64,000 bases of DNA from NCBI GenBank assembly GCA_905178155.1, contig CAJINV010000013.1, forward strand, positions 1,326,392-1,390,391, read 5' to 3'. This document shows, one piece after another, positions 13,672-25,762 of the stretch. The notes below the pieces were generated by a model, which saw only the letters and a program-made list of their open reading frames with translations, was not told the DNA's origin and did not search any database. The DNA is from Amoebophrya sp. A120 (lineage: Eukaryota > Protista > Dinoflagellata). A program made the translations under genes and the position numbers. Position 1 is the stretch's first letter; the number at the start of each line of letters is the position of its first letter.

Positions 13672-15957
13672 ATGGCACGGCCCTCACCGACCGTCGCAGT
13701 AGCAGCGGTTCCCGACGCCTACGAAGTTGGTACGCGCGTCCTTGTCGTCTCCGCCCCGGATGATGATAGCGCAAACGCCGATTCTGGCCGAAGCCGAACG
13801 GGCACTGTAAAACGGATCGGGAAAAAGAAGCTCCGTGTTGAGTTCGATAGCGGCATAGCTTCTGAGGAAGATACTTCTACTCGCCAGCCAGAGGCGGGCA
13901 ATGCCGGCGCAAGCGTGGGACGAGATCAAGATCAAGAGTCGAAAAATGAGTGGGTGAAGCCGGAGTGCGTAAGGAAAATTGTTGAGGTCGTCGGACCATT
14001 TTCAGAAAAGCGGAGCCGCCCAGAGGTCGTGGTTTCTGTTGCGGAGCAAGATGAAAGAGGAAAAGAAACACGCATGTTGCCTAGCAGGTCTGACGCGAAG
14101 AGAAGAAAAGTTGATGGTGGAGTCAAAGGCGGCGACGCTGTAATTCTTGCCGAAAGTAGAACAACAGAAGGACCACAGTCGGCAACAAAACCTCCGAAGC
14201 AGAGTGAGACATTGACCGGCCACACGACCACCAGAGCAGGAGGCAAACCACAGGTGGTGACTGCTGGGGAGAGACAAATAAGAGCCACGTATTCATCGAC
14301 GTCTGACGGCAAAATAAAAATGCAGAGCAATCCCCCCGCATCAAACCAGCTTTTCTGCAACCACTGCCGCCAGAGCGGGCATGTGGCGAAGACCTGTCAC
14401 TACGGGGCGGTTTCTCACCAGAGGTTTTTGCGCTGCCTGGACTCGTCCACCTGTTTCCCCCGGCAGTTTCTGGTGTTGCTTCGGCGCGCGTGCCCTGACT
14501 TTGAGGTTGATAACTTACGGGACGGGCGGGTAGACGTGGGCGTCTCCTCTGTGTCGGCGGCGCTCTTCCGCTCGCAGAGTTTGCGGCACAACACGTCGAT
14601 TTCCCTCGTGATGACGGGTAATAAAAAGGTCACGGGTGAAGGTGCGTTGGAGATGAAAACAAGTAAATCTTCTACTTCAACGCTCGGTGCTGATGATGCG
14701 AAGAACGATAATGTGACTGAAGGGAACCCACGCTCCTGCGATAGCAAGGCCGAAGCTTCTACTTCCCCGTCTCCGAAAACAGTCACGTTCTACGCCTCAC
14801 ACATTCGCGACTTGAAGTGCGACGATTTGTCCATTGCTTCGAGGCTCAAGCAAGTGTCCGCAGAGACTAGAAAAAGTTTGGAAACCAGGCTGGCCGCCGA
14901 GGAAGCGGACCGCGACGCCTGGTCGCAGAGTGCGTTTCGCGGGTTGCAGACGCTGGAGCACGGGGAAGGGGCGGAGGTAAGCGAGTGTGTGCGGGAAGCG
15001 CTGGAGCTGGGGTGTTTGCGGAGGGACCGAAATTATAAACTTGCGCCGGGGCTTGATCCTTCACTTGATCCCTCTGAAAGCGGGGCCGAGAGGACGAACC
15101 GGAGTGCAATAAAAATGCACGAGCGCGAGGCCTTTTTCAGGGGACAGTTCTACGCTTTGAAGCAGGGAACTGACGGAGCTGATGAAAAGCGTATTAACAC
15201 AAATGTGCCGGCGCTACTACAGCGGGACAAGCAACAAGAAGGTGATATGGAAACGACCAACAAGAATCCCATCGTTTTTCTTTTGTCTGGTGGCTCGACG
15301 AACCATGAGGAGAGTGTTTCTACTGAACGTACATCATCAAAACCCGATGCGCTGAAAAAGCACCATGCCGTGGGTCGCAGTTTTGAGGAGGTTCTCAGCG
15401 AGATCATGACCGATGAGAAGCGGAAAAAACAGCTTGCAGACTACGGCTGCGTCTGCATCCTTGGGGACGACCGGGGGCTGCTACCCGCCGACGAAAAAGT
15501 GATCGAAGACACCGTCCTGAGCCCAGGTCGTGGTGGGAATAGTATGCAAAAAAATTCTTGTAGTTCATCCGCTTCGAACGACAATGACTCGACTCGCAGT
15601 CAGGCTCAGGCCACCGACAGTCAGAACCTCTTTCGCGTGACGCTCGGCCGGGAGATTCTGTTCACTAATCAGTGCATCGTGCTGCTCCACCACTACCTCG
15701 ACAAGGTCTGCCACAGCTGCACCCTACCGCCCCCCAGAAGACTTGCCACAAACAACTGGGCGGGCCGCGGCCAGGCGAAGGGGGGCGCGCGCGGAAGTGG
15801 AAATAAAGAGAGCACGGCTCGAGTGGCTAAAGGCAGCTCCGGGGACAAAATGACGAAGAAAGGAAGCACTTCTGGGCGCGGCACGGGAGGGAAAAGTGGA
15901 TACGGTGCTAGAGGGGGTTTTTCGAACGCGAAGTGTGGAGCAAAGGGCGGGAAGTGA
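13672..15957 (+). CDS. TrmY-like SPOUT tRNA (pseudouridine-54 N1) methyltransferase with N-terminal Tudor/SH3-like region, CCHC zinc knuckle and G/K/R-rich tail
   Basis: Blocks RQFLVL, DNLRDGRVDV..SVSAALFRSQSLRHN, DDLSIA, DAWSQS..G, CILGDDRGL...DE and RVTLGREILFTNQCIVLLHHYLD follow the order of the TrmY/DUF358 family as I recall it. CNHCRQSGHVAKTC is a zinc knuckle. Confidence 0.8.
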   Translation: MARPSPTVAVAAVPDAYEVGTRVLVVSAPDDDSANADSGRSRTGTVKRIGKKKLRVEFDSGIASEEDTSTRQPEAGNAGASVGRDQDQESKNEWVKPECVRKIVEVVGPFSEKRSRPEVVVSVAEQDERGKETRMLPSRSDAKRRKVDGGVKGGDAVILAESRTTEGPQSATKPPKQSETLTGHTTTRAGGKPQVVTAGERQIRATYSSTSDGKIKMQSNPPASNQLFCNHCRQSGHVAKTCHYGAVSHQRFLRCLDSSTCFPRQFLVLLRRACPDFEVDNLRDGRVDVGVSSVSAALFRSQSLRHNTSISLVMTGNKKVTGEGALEMKTSKSSTSTLGADDAKNDNVTEGNPRSCDSKAEASTSPSPKTVTFYASHIRDLKCDDLSIASRLKQVSAETRKSLETRLAAEEADRDAWSQSAFRGLQTLEHGEGAEVSECVREALELGCLRRDRNYKLAPGLDPSLDPSESGAERTNRSAIKMHEREAFFRGQFYALKQGTDGADEKRINTNVPALLQRDKQQEGDMETTNKNPIVFLLSGGSTNHEESVSTERTSSKPDALKKHHAVGRSFEEVLSEIMTDEKRKKQLADYGCVCILGDDRGLLPADEKVIEDTVLSPGRGGNSMQKNSCSSSASNDNDSTRSQAQATDSQNLFRVTLGREILFTNQCIVLLHHYLDKVCHSCTLPPPRRLATNNWAGRGQAKGGARGSGNKESTARVAKGSSGDKMTKKGSTSGRGTGGKSGYGARGGFSNAKCGAKGGK

Positions 15958-17170
15958 TGAATCGCTTCCAGGATAAGATTCGACTGTTGATTGTAATTGT
16001 TGGGTTGAGTTACACATTCTGAATTCGTCCTTAGTTATGTATCTGTAAAGTTTGTTGTGCAACAGGAGCGAGAACCTCAAAAGCGACTTTAATTTGTAGA
16101 ATTGGCAAGCGACTGGACGACATAGTATATGCGATAGCATTTTCGATCGAGACACCAGCAATGTGTAAGTAACTGCAGGTGCAACTTTTGATCATGTGTT
16201 CGCAATGCGAATTTCGAATTGAGTGAATGGCTCGGAAGTTGTCGGTGTAAGGAAACTACGTGCAGCCCTTGTCGGTTACGAGCCTACTGCAAGCTTTCTC
16301 TACCTCAAGAACTTGAGCCACAATTCCAAGATGAGCTATGCCTCTTAATACGCAAGTAAAGAACAAGTTTGAAGGATCAGGATCTCTTCACGAAAAGAAT
16401 TCAAAAAATGAAAAGTCGGTCACAGCAAAAGTAGCTTTGCTTGTCGTGATGAAGCAGCATGATTCCGCGAATATCGGTTGATCTCATTCTCGAAACGACT
16501 ACGCGCACACACAACGTCCCGCTCAAATAAAGATCTTTTCGCAGCAGTCCTTTTTTTTTTCTAGGGCAGAGTGCTGCCGCCCCTCTCTATATATTGTTTG
16601 CAGATAGGTTTTTTCGGTTTTCTTTAGTCTTTAGGAAGCTCTAGATGTTTATTCGTTATTGTGCATCTCACAGTCCGCCTTTGAATCCAAGATTCATCTT
16701 GACAGTCTAGTAAGATGCCTTTGACACACTCTCTCTAGAATTTGCTTTGCGCCAAGAATTCTGTCTCGGTACTGCACAGTCCCGTATGATCTTGAAGGTA
16801 GCGCTTCTCTCGGTTGAGAACGATTCTCTCGATTGTTGCGACCTTTAGGAGTCTGTGTGCAGATGGCATAATCAACTCTATTGCATTTATTTCTCTGGTA
16901 GCGCAAGTTCAGGCTTAATTTTATGTATTCTATTTCCGATTTTTTAGCATAGAAGAAGAGCAGCACTATCTCCGTGTACATTATAGAAAGCTGTGAACAA
17001 AATTTTTGTGGAAGTTCTGAAGTTTTGTACTCTCTCTGATATTAATTTGTTCTGAAATTTCTCGTTGTAACAGTAACTGCTTCACTTCATAACGCAGAAG
17101 TGTTTCTATCGTGCCAGCGCTATTTGCTTTTGTACTATCTATTGGCCATAGATATCTTCCTCTCGGAACA

Positions 17171-19542
17171 ATGGCGTCGAGCTCTGGGGCACAGCAAAAC
17201 TCGAATCACATGGATTTTCTGCGTAACCAATAGCAAAATCTTGAGTCAGTGTCTGCGATACAAAGTTCTTTGAATTATTTTCATACATTTCTGCATGCAT
17301 CAGGTTTTCAAGAGAATCATTTTACAAACTACACGCAGGTCTCGTTGAAGATTTGGGTGCATGATGACACACAGCAACGCATAGAAAGGCGCCATTTTTT
17401 CCTTGACAGCAGGCACTGGACTCAAGTTTTGCGCAGCATACCGCGACGGTTTGCATACGCTGCGTCGTCGGAAAACTCCTCCTCCTTGGGGGCAGTACCT
17501 GGAACGCCACAGAATGGACCGCTGAGCATCAGCATACCCATGTCACCTCTGAATCAGCACTACGGAGCAGCTACCGGAGTTGGGTTCTACAACGATAGTG
17601 CGACGCCGACTCCAAACGGAATGATGCCGTTTCAGGGAATATGGAATGGAAAAAACACGACGACCGAGTAGCTTTTAGTTTGGGAGTCGTGTCACTTCTA
17701 TAAAGACGGGAGGCAGCGCACTCGTGTTGACATCAGACATAAAGAAGACCTCATCTCTGCATTAGGAACAACTTTTTTTTTTCGTAAGCAGGAGCAGATG
17801 AGCCATATGTATGAAAATAACCAGTACTTTGCGACACAAGCTCGTATTTGGTTCCCTGCCACGACCTGTGAAAATATTGTGCATGAATTTCTACTTTATG
17901 GATTCAGCAGGGCTCTTTCTGCTGTGTGCGTTCTCGTATTTTTAGAGTTCCAGTAGTTTATTTTTCTGCAGGTGGTCGCGTTTCCGTATCCGTTTCCGTT
18001 CCATAGAGAAACGGGATGCTGCATGGGTACAGCTTTCCGAACACCCCCGCGGCTATGTCCTCCACTTCGTCGTCTCCGCAGCTCTTTTACCACGAGAATC
18101 AGCAGCAGTATCATGGCAGCGGCAACGTGGGCGGGGCAAGTGGAGATACCAGCAACTCCGTGATGAATAACAACTTTCAGCAACAACGGCAGCCGTTTTT
18201 CCAACACCAGTCATATGGACAGGCTCCACCGCAGCATCCGCAGACCGCTCTGGCTGCGATGAGCGGAGGTGCGGGGATGATGTTCATGAACAGCGGCGGT
18301 TCATTTTTCAATAACGGCTTCAATAACAATCCCGTTTCCACCTCCGCAGCGACGACGCCGGGTGGGCAAATGCAGCACAGCTTCTCGTCGCCTAATGTGA
18401 ACAGCGCGACCGGAACTATGATTGGTGTAGTCGGGGGTAGTGCAAACCACAATCACGCTTCGTACCTGAATAGCCCCTTCGGAGCGTCGTCATCTACCAC
18501 CACTTCCGCAGGGCGGCCGTACTTCAGCTACATTGGGACGGCTCAGAATCCGCACTTGAAGCAGCCAAGCAAGGTGGAAATTTTGAACATGTATCTGCAC
18601 ACAGTGCAGGGGCACGCAGCGGGAAACGGTAAAAATGCTATCAGATAGCAAAAACGCATCAACCCATGATACCTTTCGCGAAGATTGAGTCTTACTTACG
18701 TTCTTTGCATTGACTGAGAAAAAAAAGAGGAAAATAGTTCCTGTGTATTTCAGGGAGCAAGAGAATCATTTTTACGCATATTCTCTGTACTGGGTAACAA
18801 TATGGTCATTCGTGACAATAATTTTTCGAAAGTTATTCTTGAATCTAAAACGATAGACCAGGCACTAGAGGGCTCTATGGGTTGTACGTTTTTCTTCACG
18901 ATATTCGGTGCCGCCAAGCAAAGCAAGGACACTCCTGTCTTAGCGGAGAACATCTGGCCCCTGCCGGTGCCGGTGCTGCCCCCGGGGGCGTTGGACTACC
19001 TGAACGGTGAGTCAGCATTGAATGTGAAGGCGAGTAACACCGCCCCCGGGACGCCCTTCTACAATGGCGCTGCGCACCAGCAACAAGCGCCATTTTATCC
19101 TCCGTCGAACGGGAATATAATTAGTCAGACCGCACCCTACACCCCGACGACCAGTACCGCGACCAGCACCATCGATAACCAAACAAACTCGGCATTCCAG
19201 AGTTCAATGGTGAACGCGAACAACTACGAAGAGGGTGTAAGTAATCGGGGGAGTAACAGCACTAACAGTTCTGGACCGAACTTTTCGAAAACTCCGCGGG
19301 GCGCCGGTGGGAGCGGTCGAAGCCTGAATAATGGTGGGCAGCACGCGGCAATCAACAACGCTATGCATAGCAAGTACAGCAGCTACAGCAACAGTAGCAA
19401 CCATACCTCGCCGTACAACACGAAAAACAGCACCAGCAGCCCAGCAACGCTGAACACGAAGACCCCTAGTAACGCCACAACGGTAGCTGGCGCCACCTCG
19501 CGGCTTTACGACATGTTCAATGCCAACGACGAGCAAGGATGA
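17171..19542 (+). CDS. Q/N/S-rich low-complexity hypothetical protein, 4 exons separated by three TIR introners
   Basis: ATG at 17171. Removing the elements at 17224, 17640 and 18639 (each plus 5 nt) gives MASSSG…DFLRRFAY…FQGNGMLH…KNAAAKQSK… in one frame. Confidence 0.7.
17224..17440. mobile_element. TIR introner (217 nt), TSD CTGCG/CCGCG
   Basis: Inverted repeat GCAAAATCTTGAGTCAGTGTCTGC / GCAGGCACTGGACTCAAGTTTTGC, TA ends, frame restored. Confidence 0.8.
17640..18005. mobile_element. TIR introner (366 nt), TSD GGGAA/GAGAA
   Basis: TATGGAATGGAAA … TTTCCGTTCCATA. Frame restored. Confidence 0.8.
18639..18903. mobile_element. Degenerate TIR introner (265 nt)
   Basis: TATCAG…AAAAACGCATCAACCCAT / ATGGGTTGTACGTTTTT…CGATA. 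The TSD is decayed but element+5 removal is in frame. Confidence 0.65.
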
Positions 19543-20942
19543 GAAGAAACACGCGCAGGAGCAGCTCGCTCCCATTGAACGACAGCGGCTAGATCTGGCA
19601 TCTTATTTCATATCTAATTTTTGGCGAGTGCTTTTGCTTCAGCACTCCTATATTTTCCTAGTACTAAGTTTATCAATAATGTGAAGGGTTGTACTTCCTG
19701 TTCCTTTTCCTGCAAGTTTTTGGACGTAGAAGTTGGAAAAAAGTACAATGATTTCGAGGAGTCACGCCATGAGAGAAGCCTTGTGGCAAGCAAGTATTTC
19801 TGCAGCAGCAGCACAGCTGCATTAGTATTTATTAGGGAGGCCGTTCTGTAGTTTGGACTTTGATAACTTCTATCTCGTAGACGGTTTTCCGTCGCAAGAC
19901 AGAATCGGATCCACTCTACAATTTCTTACATTTGAGGAGATATATACAACTCGTTGCAGGATGAGGATGAAGTCATAAAGGCAGCAGTGTCGCCAGGTCT
20001 TTATTTTGATGCCTCTCGTCTGTCAGGAGGAGGCGGAAAACAAGAATTTTATACCGCCAATGGCAAATAGAAAGAGCAGTACACGAGCTCTTGAGTTGTG
20101 CGCAGTATACTATTCTTGCTTTATTCGACATTGGCAGTAGACAAGATTGAGACTCAGCATCCTTTAGCTTCATGATTGAGTCGGTGACTACAGTCGAGCA
20201 TGGCTCTTTTTGCAAGGAAAGACCGACAAAAATTTGAGGCTTCTTCGGAAAAGCCGCACTCGATTGTGGAAGATGAACAAAATTGTTGTTTAACGTGCGC
20301 CACAAGTCGCTTCGCGTGTTGAATTTTGGAGATGACATGTAGAGCTGTTCCGCGTCTTTGTCGGCTGTCTAGAAGTACCTCTGATTAGTCATTTGGCGTC
20401 TTGTTTGGTTTGTCGTCCTGAATTTGAATTCGTCGACTTCCTAAGGGTAAGTAAAGACTTCGTGCGCTTTTTTCGTACTGATTTCGTGATTGCGTTGATG
20501 CGTGGTGGATTTTTTCGTGCATTAATGAATTTTATCTCGGTCGTCGTCCTGCGTTCTATATCTTTTTCGAAAAGCTATCGGTCCGCTGTGTCGTCCTGCT
20601 GGTGCTTCCGTTCATGAGTAGTTGCCGCAAGGCCGCTTAAAAGAACTGACTATCCGTGCAGAAAACACTTTCTTGAATACCATTCGTTTGCAGTCGTCCC
20701 CTTCCGATTCGGATTACTTGTTTGTATTTCCCAAAGGATTTTTCTTTTTGTCCACCCAGCAGATCCTGCACTACACTCTTGTTGAATTTATTCACGCAAA
20801 AACTGTAAGTGGTCGACGTACAACATTTGTCGACTGCCGACTAGAAGATTTTCAATTTTTTGCAGCGTTTTGAAGAAGTGGAAAAACTTTACCGAGTCAT
20901 TCTTGTTCAAGTGATATATCATCCGCATCTTCTTGTTCCAAC

Positions 20943-23603
20943 ATGCAGATGGTTCGACAAATTTCTTTACTTCTCGCCGGGGTCGTACATCACACCTTCC
21001 CGGATGTGTTGAGCCGTGGGGTTTTCTTCGGGGTTTTACTTTCGCCCACGCTGGTTTACGCCTTGACCGTGAATCGGATCGGAAAGCGAGATGACAGCCG
21101 CGCGCAAAAGCTGCAAGACGATCTGTCTTCCTGTTGCGGCGACGTGCTAGAGATGTATCCAGTGGAAAACAGGCACCCAGCCATTAGAGGTGTCATGCGG
21201 ATCTTGCACGAGCACGAGCAGCAAGTGTCTGTTGCCAGTCCCAGACATCTTCTCGTCACGAGAGCCACTTATTTTCTAGTCATGTTTTTTCAGGCGTTAT
21301 CGTCATGCTTTGAGCAGGATGAAAGCGTGGAGTTGTGATGCGTTCATACTACTTAGCTCATCCCGACTGCTATGCGATACACCGAACTTTCTTGTGATTC
21401 GCGACTCGATGTCCCAGATACGTCTGCTCTTGTGTAAACAGGATTCACGACTGAAGCCTCTATGATGACAGGGTGGCTACGTTTTTCAACGCGATAGGCT
21501 GCCGGAGCCGATCGCCTCGGCAGAGGCGAATGTGACGGGCCGCGCCACCCTGGACAACATGCTTACGATACGCGTTGCAAATGTGTCACATTCGCTTTGG
21601 AGGAGAAGCAAATGATAAAGAATGCCTACGAAATAAGAAGTACCTGCGAAGGGCGGAGTCTGAGTTTGCAGTGCACTTCCGATTATGAGCGTAAGAACAA
21701 CTTCGTAGCTCTGCATTGTACAACAGCATATAATAGGGGTGGCAGAAATATACTGCCTCTTGATAGAATGTTTGTCGCGCGCAAAGAGCCGTGCAATAGT
21801 GAGTCGTGCGGAATTTGGACGATACGAAGCCTGTCAGAGTTTTCCAAATACAGAAACGGCTCCCTCTGTGTGTATTCCTATTGTTCTCCAGGTGATCTGC
21901 GTGGCATGGTTGCGATGCATATGGAGTTTCTGACAGCGTGATGGCGAACAAACCCTCGAACGCGCTTTCGTTTGACCCGGCCAAGGAGGCAGAATTCCTC
22001 GGCAAAATGGAGGATCCCGTGCATATTCTTCTGCAAAGCCGGTCCTTGACAATCAAACATGACCTGGCGGACGCCTTGGTCGTGATCTCCAAGGCTATGG
22101 GCGACACCAGCTATGGGCGACACCAGGCTATTGGGCGACACCTGAAAACGCAGCAAAGGCTTCGCGGAAGAGTTGCGTGACCTGGTGGAAGGTTTGATTG
22201 GCTTGGAGGGCACCCAGTTACCTATTACCGCCGACATTGCCACCGACTTTGCGCCCCTTATTCGTAGAGACGTTGTCACCTTCTCCCTGTGGAATCTGTG
22301 GGACGGACTTACTACGGCATTCCGGCAGCTGCTAATCTCGGCAGAAGAGGCGGAGTCGGCAGCGCAAGCCGCCGAGCTCATGGACAAGGTCGATCTGCTC
22401 CTATCGTGCCTCGAACAACCGATTTTCTCCACGCCCGAGGCTTCTGCGGGCGTTCCGCTTGTCCTGAAACAACACGGCTTTCCGGCGGAAATGGTTGCGT
22501 TGCAGCAACGGAACTTCACCAAGGAGGCGCGCCTCGCTCTGGGGGCCGTTCGCAAGGTCGGGAGTGGGACGACCAATGAGGCAGTCTTCAGTGGTTGGCA
22601 GACACAGTTTGCGGTCTTCGCGAATGCCCGGGCTGCGGCGCTGGACGACCTCGACAAGCTGCTTGACTACGTTCGCGGAGAGACGGCGGTCAATCTCGTC
22701 CTAAACACCGCGGAGCTTGCGGTCCGGGACCTTTCCCAGGGAGATGATCCTTTGCGGGACTGGGCTCAGGTACAGGCCAGGGAGACTTCCTGGGGCGAGG
22801 CCTACAACGCCGCAGAGTACCTCGACTTGGCCAATAAAGCGCGAAGCGCCGCGGAAGGGGAGCCGTGGCAGTGGGTGGTCTACCAACAATTTACCACCGA
22901 TTTCCGTGCTGCCTCGCTCCCGCGCGACGACTGGGAGGTACAGTTCAAGGAGGTTCTTACGGAGCAGGCGAAGAAGTATGTCGACGTTCAAGCGACAGCC
23001 CAAGATGGAGCTAGTACGAATTCTACGGAAACGTCCACTCCTCCCCCAGTGTCTATGAGAGACATTTATGCGAAAGCCGCAGAAGATATCGTCAAAAATA
23101 CAACATCGCCGCTCGGTCAAAAAGTGGATGAGCTTGTTGGCTTGCAGTGCGCTGCTGCCGTCGCCACTCTCCTGGAGGTCAAGTTTGGGCTTAACTTCTC
23201 TCAATTACAAAATGCCACCGCTCTACGCAAGCTAGCGAATTTCAAAGACACTGAAGCACAATTGGAGTTCTTACATGCGTTTTACACGAAAAACTCGTCG
23301 GGCCTCGGTATGGGCGTTCTAGTTCTTTTCGAGATCCTGCACCACGGAGCGAGCAAGGAGTTGGGAGAAATCGCGTTGCTGAAAGACGAAGAAAAGCGTG
23401 TCGAGGTGAACAAAATTTTGTTTTTGGTGCAGCGTCCGAACTATGAGCTGCCGAAACCGGCACCGGCACCTCCGGCACCGGCACCTCCGGCACCAGCACC
23501 TCCGGCACCGGCACCGGCACCTCCGGCACCGGCACCACAAGCGTTTCTTCAAAACCCGTCGCCCAGCAAGGTTGGCACAAGCCGCCCTGTCACGGTTGCG
23601 TAG
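20943..23603 (+). CDS. Secreted/surface hypothetical protein with C-terminal Pro-Ala repeat; two TIR introns and a 34-nt frame disruption near 22110-22143
   Basis: Hydrophobic N-terminus. Exons join in frame across the elements at 21156 and 21569. The long ORF 22173-23603 ends in (PAPAP)n. Confidence 0.6.
21156..21496. mobile_element. Degenerate TIR introner (341 nt), TSD AGATG/GGCTG; also reads as a GT-AG intron
   Basis: TATCCAGTGGAAAAC..CACCC..CATTAGAGG versus the reverse complement of the right end TATCGCGTTGAAAAAC..CACCC..CATAGAGG. Frame restored. Confidence 0.65.
21569..21921. mobile_element. Degenerate family-A-like TIR introner (353 nt)
   Basis: TACGCGTTGCAAATGTGTC … GGCATGGTTGCGATGCATA. 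Element+5 removal gives MLT-I-SDSVMANK in frame. Confidence 0.55.
23457..23537 (+). repeat. Coding tandem repeat (CCGGCACCGGCACCT)n encoding PAPAP
   Basis: Directly visible. Confidence 0.9.
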
Positions 23604-25762
23604 GTGGTGTCTCGGCGAGAGGAAAGGAGAAGGAGAAAAGGGCTACTGTCGTGTCGAGCACCTCGGCACTTTTGTTGACCTTCTTTGTGTGTTTTCTACA
23701 ACAAAAACAAAAAAAACTGCCAAGTGGAGAAGGCACTTCTTCTTGATTCGCACCTTTTTTGCGATTCAGAAAAGTCTTGCATCAAGACGAGTTCAGTTGC
23801 GCAAAAAGTCAAAGCGCGGAAAGCGAAGGTTGCGTCGTCCAGTGGCAAGGACGGTTCAGCTTCTTCTTCCACTTCTGGACCTCTATCTATCGCTAAGGGA
23901 AGTAGATGTGTAAAAGTGAATTCAAAAATCGCAACTCATTGCATCATTTTGGAACCGCAATCACCCCAGTTCGTTGTACATCATATTTGGCTCCTTTCAT
24001 TTCATTTATATTTTCAACGCATGCTCCCGAGTTTTAGTTTTTTTTTTCGCGACGTTTCCTCTTCACAGTTTCCCACAAGAACTTCAGTCGGGATTTCAAA
24101 AATCGATAATCACAAGCACATACTTAGCATGTCTCTGAATTAGTTTCTGTCGAATCTCTACTTCTATGGGTAGGTCAGGCGAGAATGAACCTTTATTAAT
24201 TTTTTTCTTGGAGTTGGAAATCAAAGGCAAAACTTCTTTTATTTTTTTGGGTATTGGAAGGTGCAGGAGCCGCCTAGTTCTGTCTACGGACGATACATGG
24301 CAGTGGCTGAAAAAGGTCGCGCAGAACGTTTTCCGTGAATGCTTTATTGTGCGATTGTCTGTGTCCAAGTCCAATGGCGTATCGCCACCAAGAACGACGG
24401 CCGCGTTGATGTACTTTCTTGCAGATGTAGACCCCAGCTCTCTAAAGACTCACAATACTACTTTTATAATTCCCCGATGCTACTTGGTACTGGATCGACC
24501 GCTTCCACAGTATGACTGTAAGACACTGATCCCAGGGGACCGATCGCGTACGTGCGGTGCTGTGAGAACATGTGCAGCGCAAGCCGTACACTGTCTATCG
24601 AATGGAAGAGCAGATCTAGTTTGCAAGTTTCAAATGTACAAGACCCCCACGCCCGGATGAAGACGAAATTTTTCACCTTTCACTAGCTTCCAGTATCGAG
24701 GTGTGGACCGATGGGAGCGAGCAGACAGTATATCCGCTGTACTGTCGCTCAAGAACTACAAAACAGTCGCAGCCCCTACCAAGCGATACTTCAAAGGGGA
24801 GCGGAGCCCGCGAACCTTATCGATTGGAATGAACCCCGAGCGCGACTACAACGACATTCCATACTAGTTGAGAGCATGACTTTCGCCATATTCGGAAAGA
24901 ATCCTTCCCTTATTCCCTCGGTGGTTTTTTGATTGTCCGAGAGGATCTCTCGGCAACTATGTTAGCTAGAAAGTAGGACGGTGTTGAACTTGAAACCTCA
25001 TATCTCGGTACATGCCATGGTGACATTGACAGTAAACGCTTCACTGCACGTCGGTAGATCAGAAACAGTTTGACTTTGCTAACGTCGGTATAAAGGTAAA
25101 CGGCGCAGAATGAAAATTCCGCGTGCCTCGCTCACGACGTGCATCGGCTCTTGATTCTTGTTGCGAGTACACAATGAGCTCGGTACGACCACAATCGCAG
25201 GATTCGTCAGCGAGGTTGATGTCATTGGACGTCGTGCGCTCAGGAGTCAGAGGAATTTAGAACGATCTTTCGCCTTTCTGAATCTGAAGGATTTGTACCT
25301 GCCTTTTTCTCTCGTGAATTTCAATTTGCTTAAAATTGCTTCTTACAAGCTTAGGCGAGCATAGTTGCGAGGATCTTGAGACACACAGAAGATCCATCGA
25401 TCTTGATCCTTCTCACCTCACTACGCCTCCGTGGTTGTTTCGCAATCTTTTCTTGTTCACCCATGCTCACCATACTTTTACCTTTTCCAGTCAAATGTCC
25501 AACAATGAAAAGCGCTACCCAAAGATAATTTTTCGAAATGACAAGATCAAGAAAATTCGTCGTAGAAGCATGTGTCTAGTAGATAATTCGCCAAGAGTAG
25601 TCTTTTGCGTTTTATTAGTCAAATTACCATGTTCGATGTGATAGTACAGAAGTCGTTTTCTGCTTCTAGAACACTTTCCCAGGGTGTCCAGAAGGCTGTA
25701 GGCCGATACGATATTGTTGAACTAGTAGAGCTCCATTTGTTCTTTTCGAATTCACCACGACC

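Noticed and set aside
17171-19542. Stop-codon reassignment or frameshifting to explain fragmented ORFs
   Set aside because: The breaks coincide with TIR elements or GT-AG introns, and the standard code gives clean joins.
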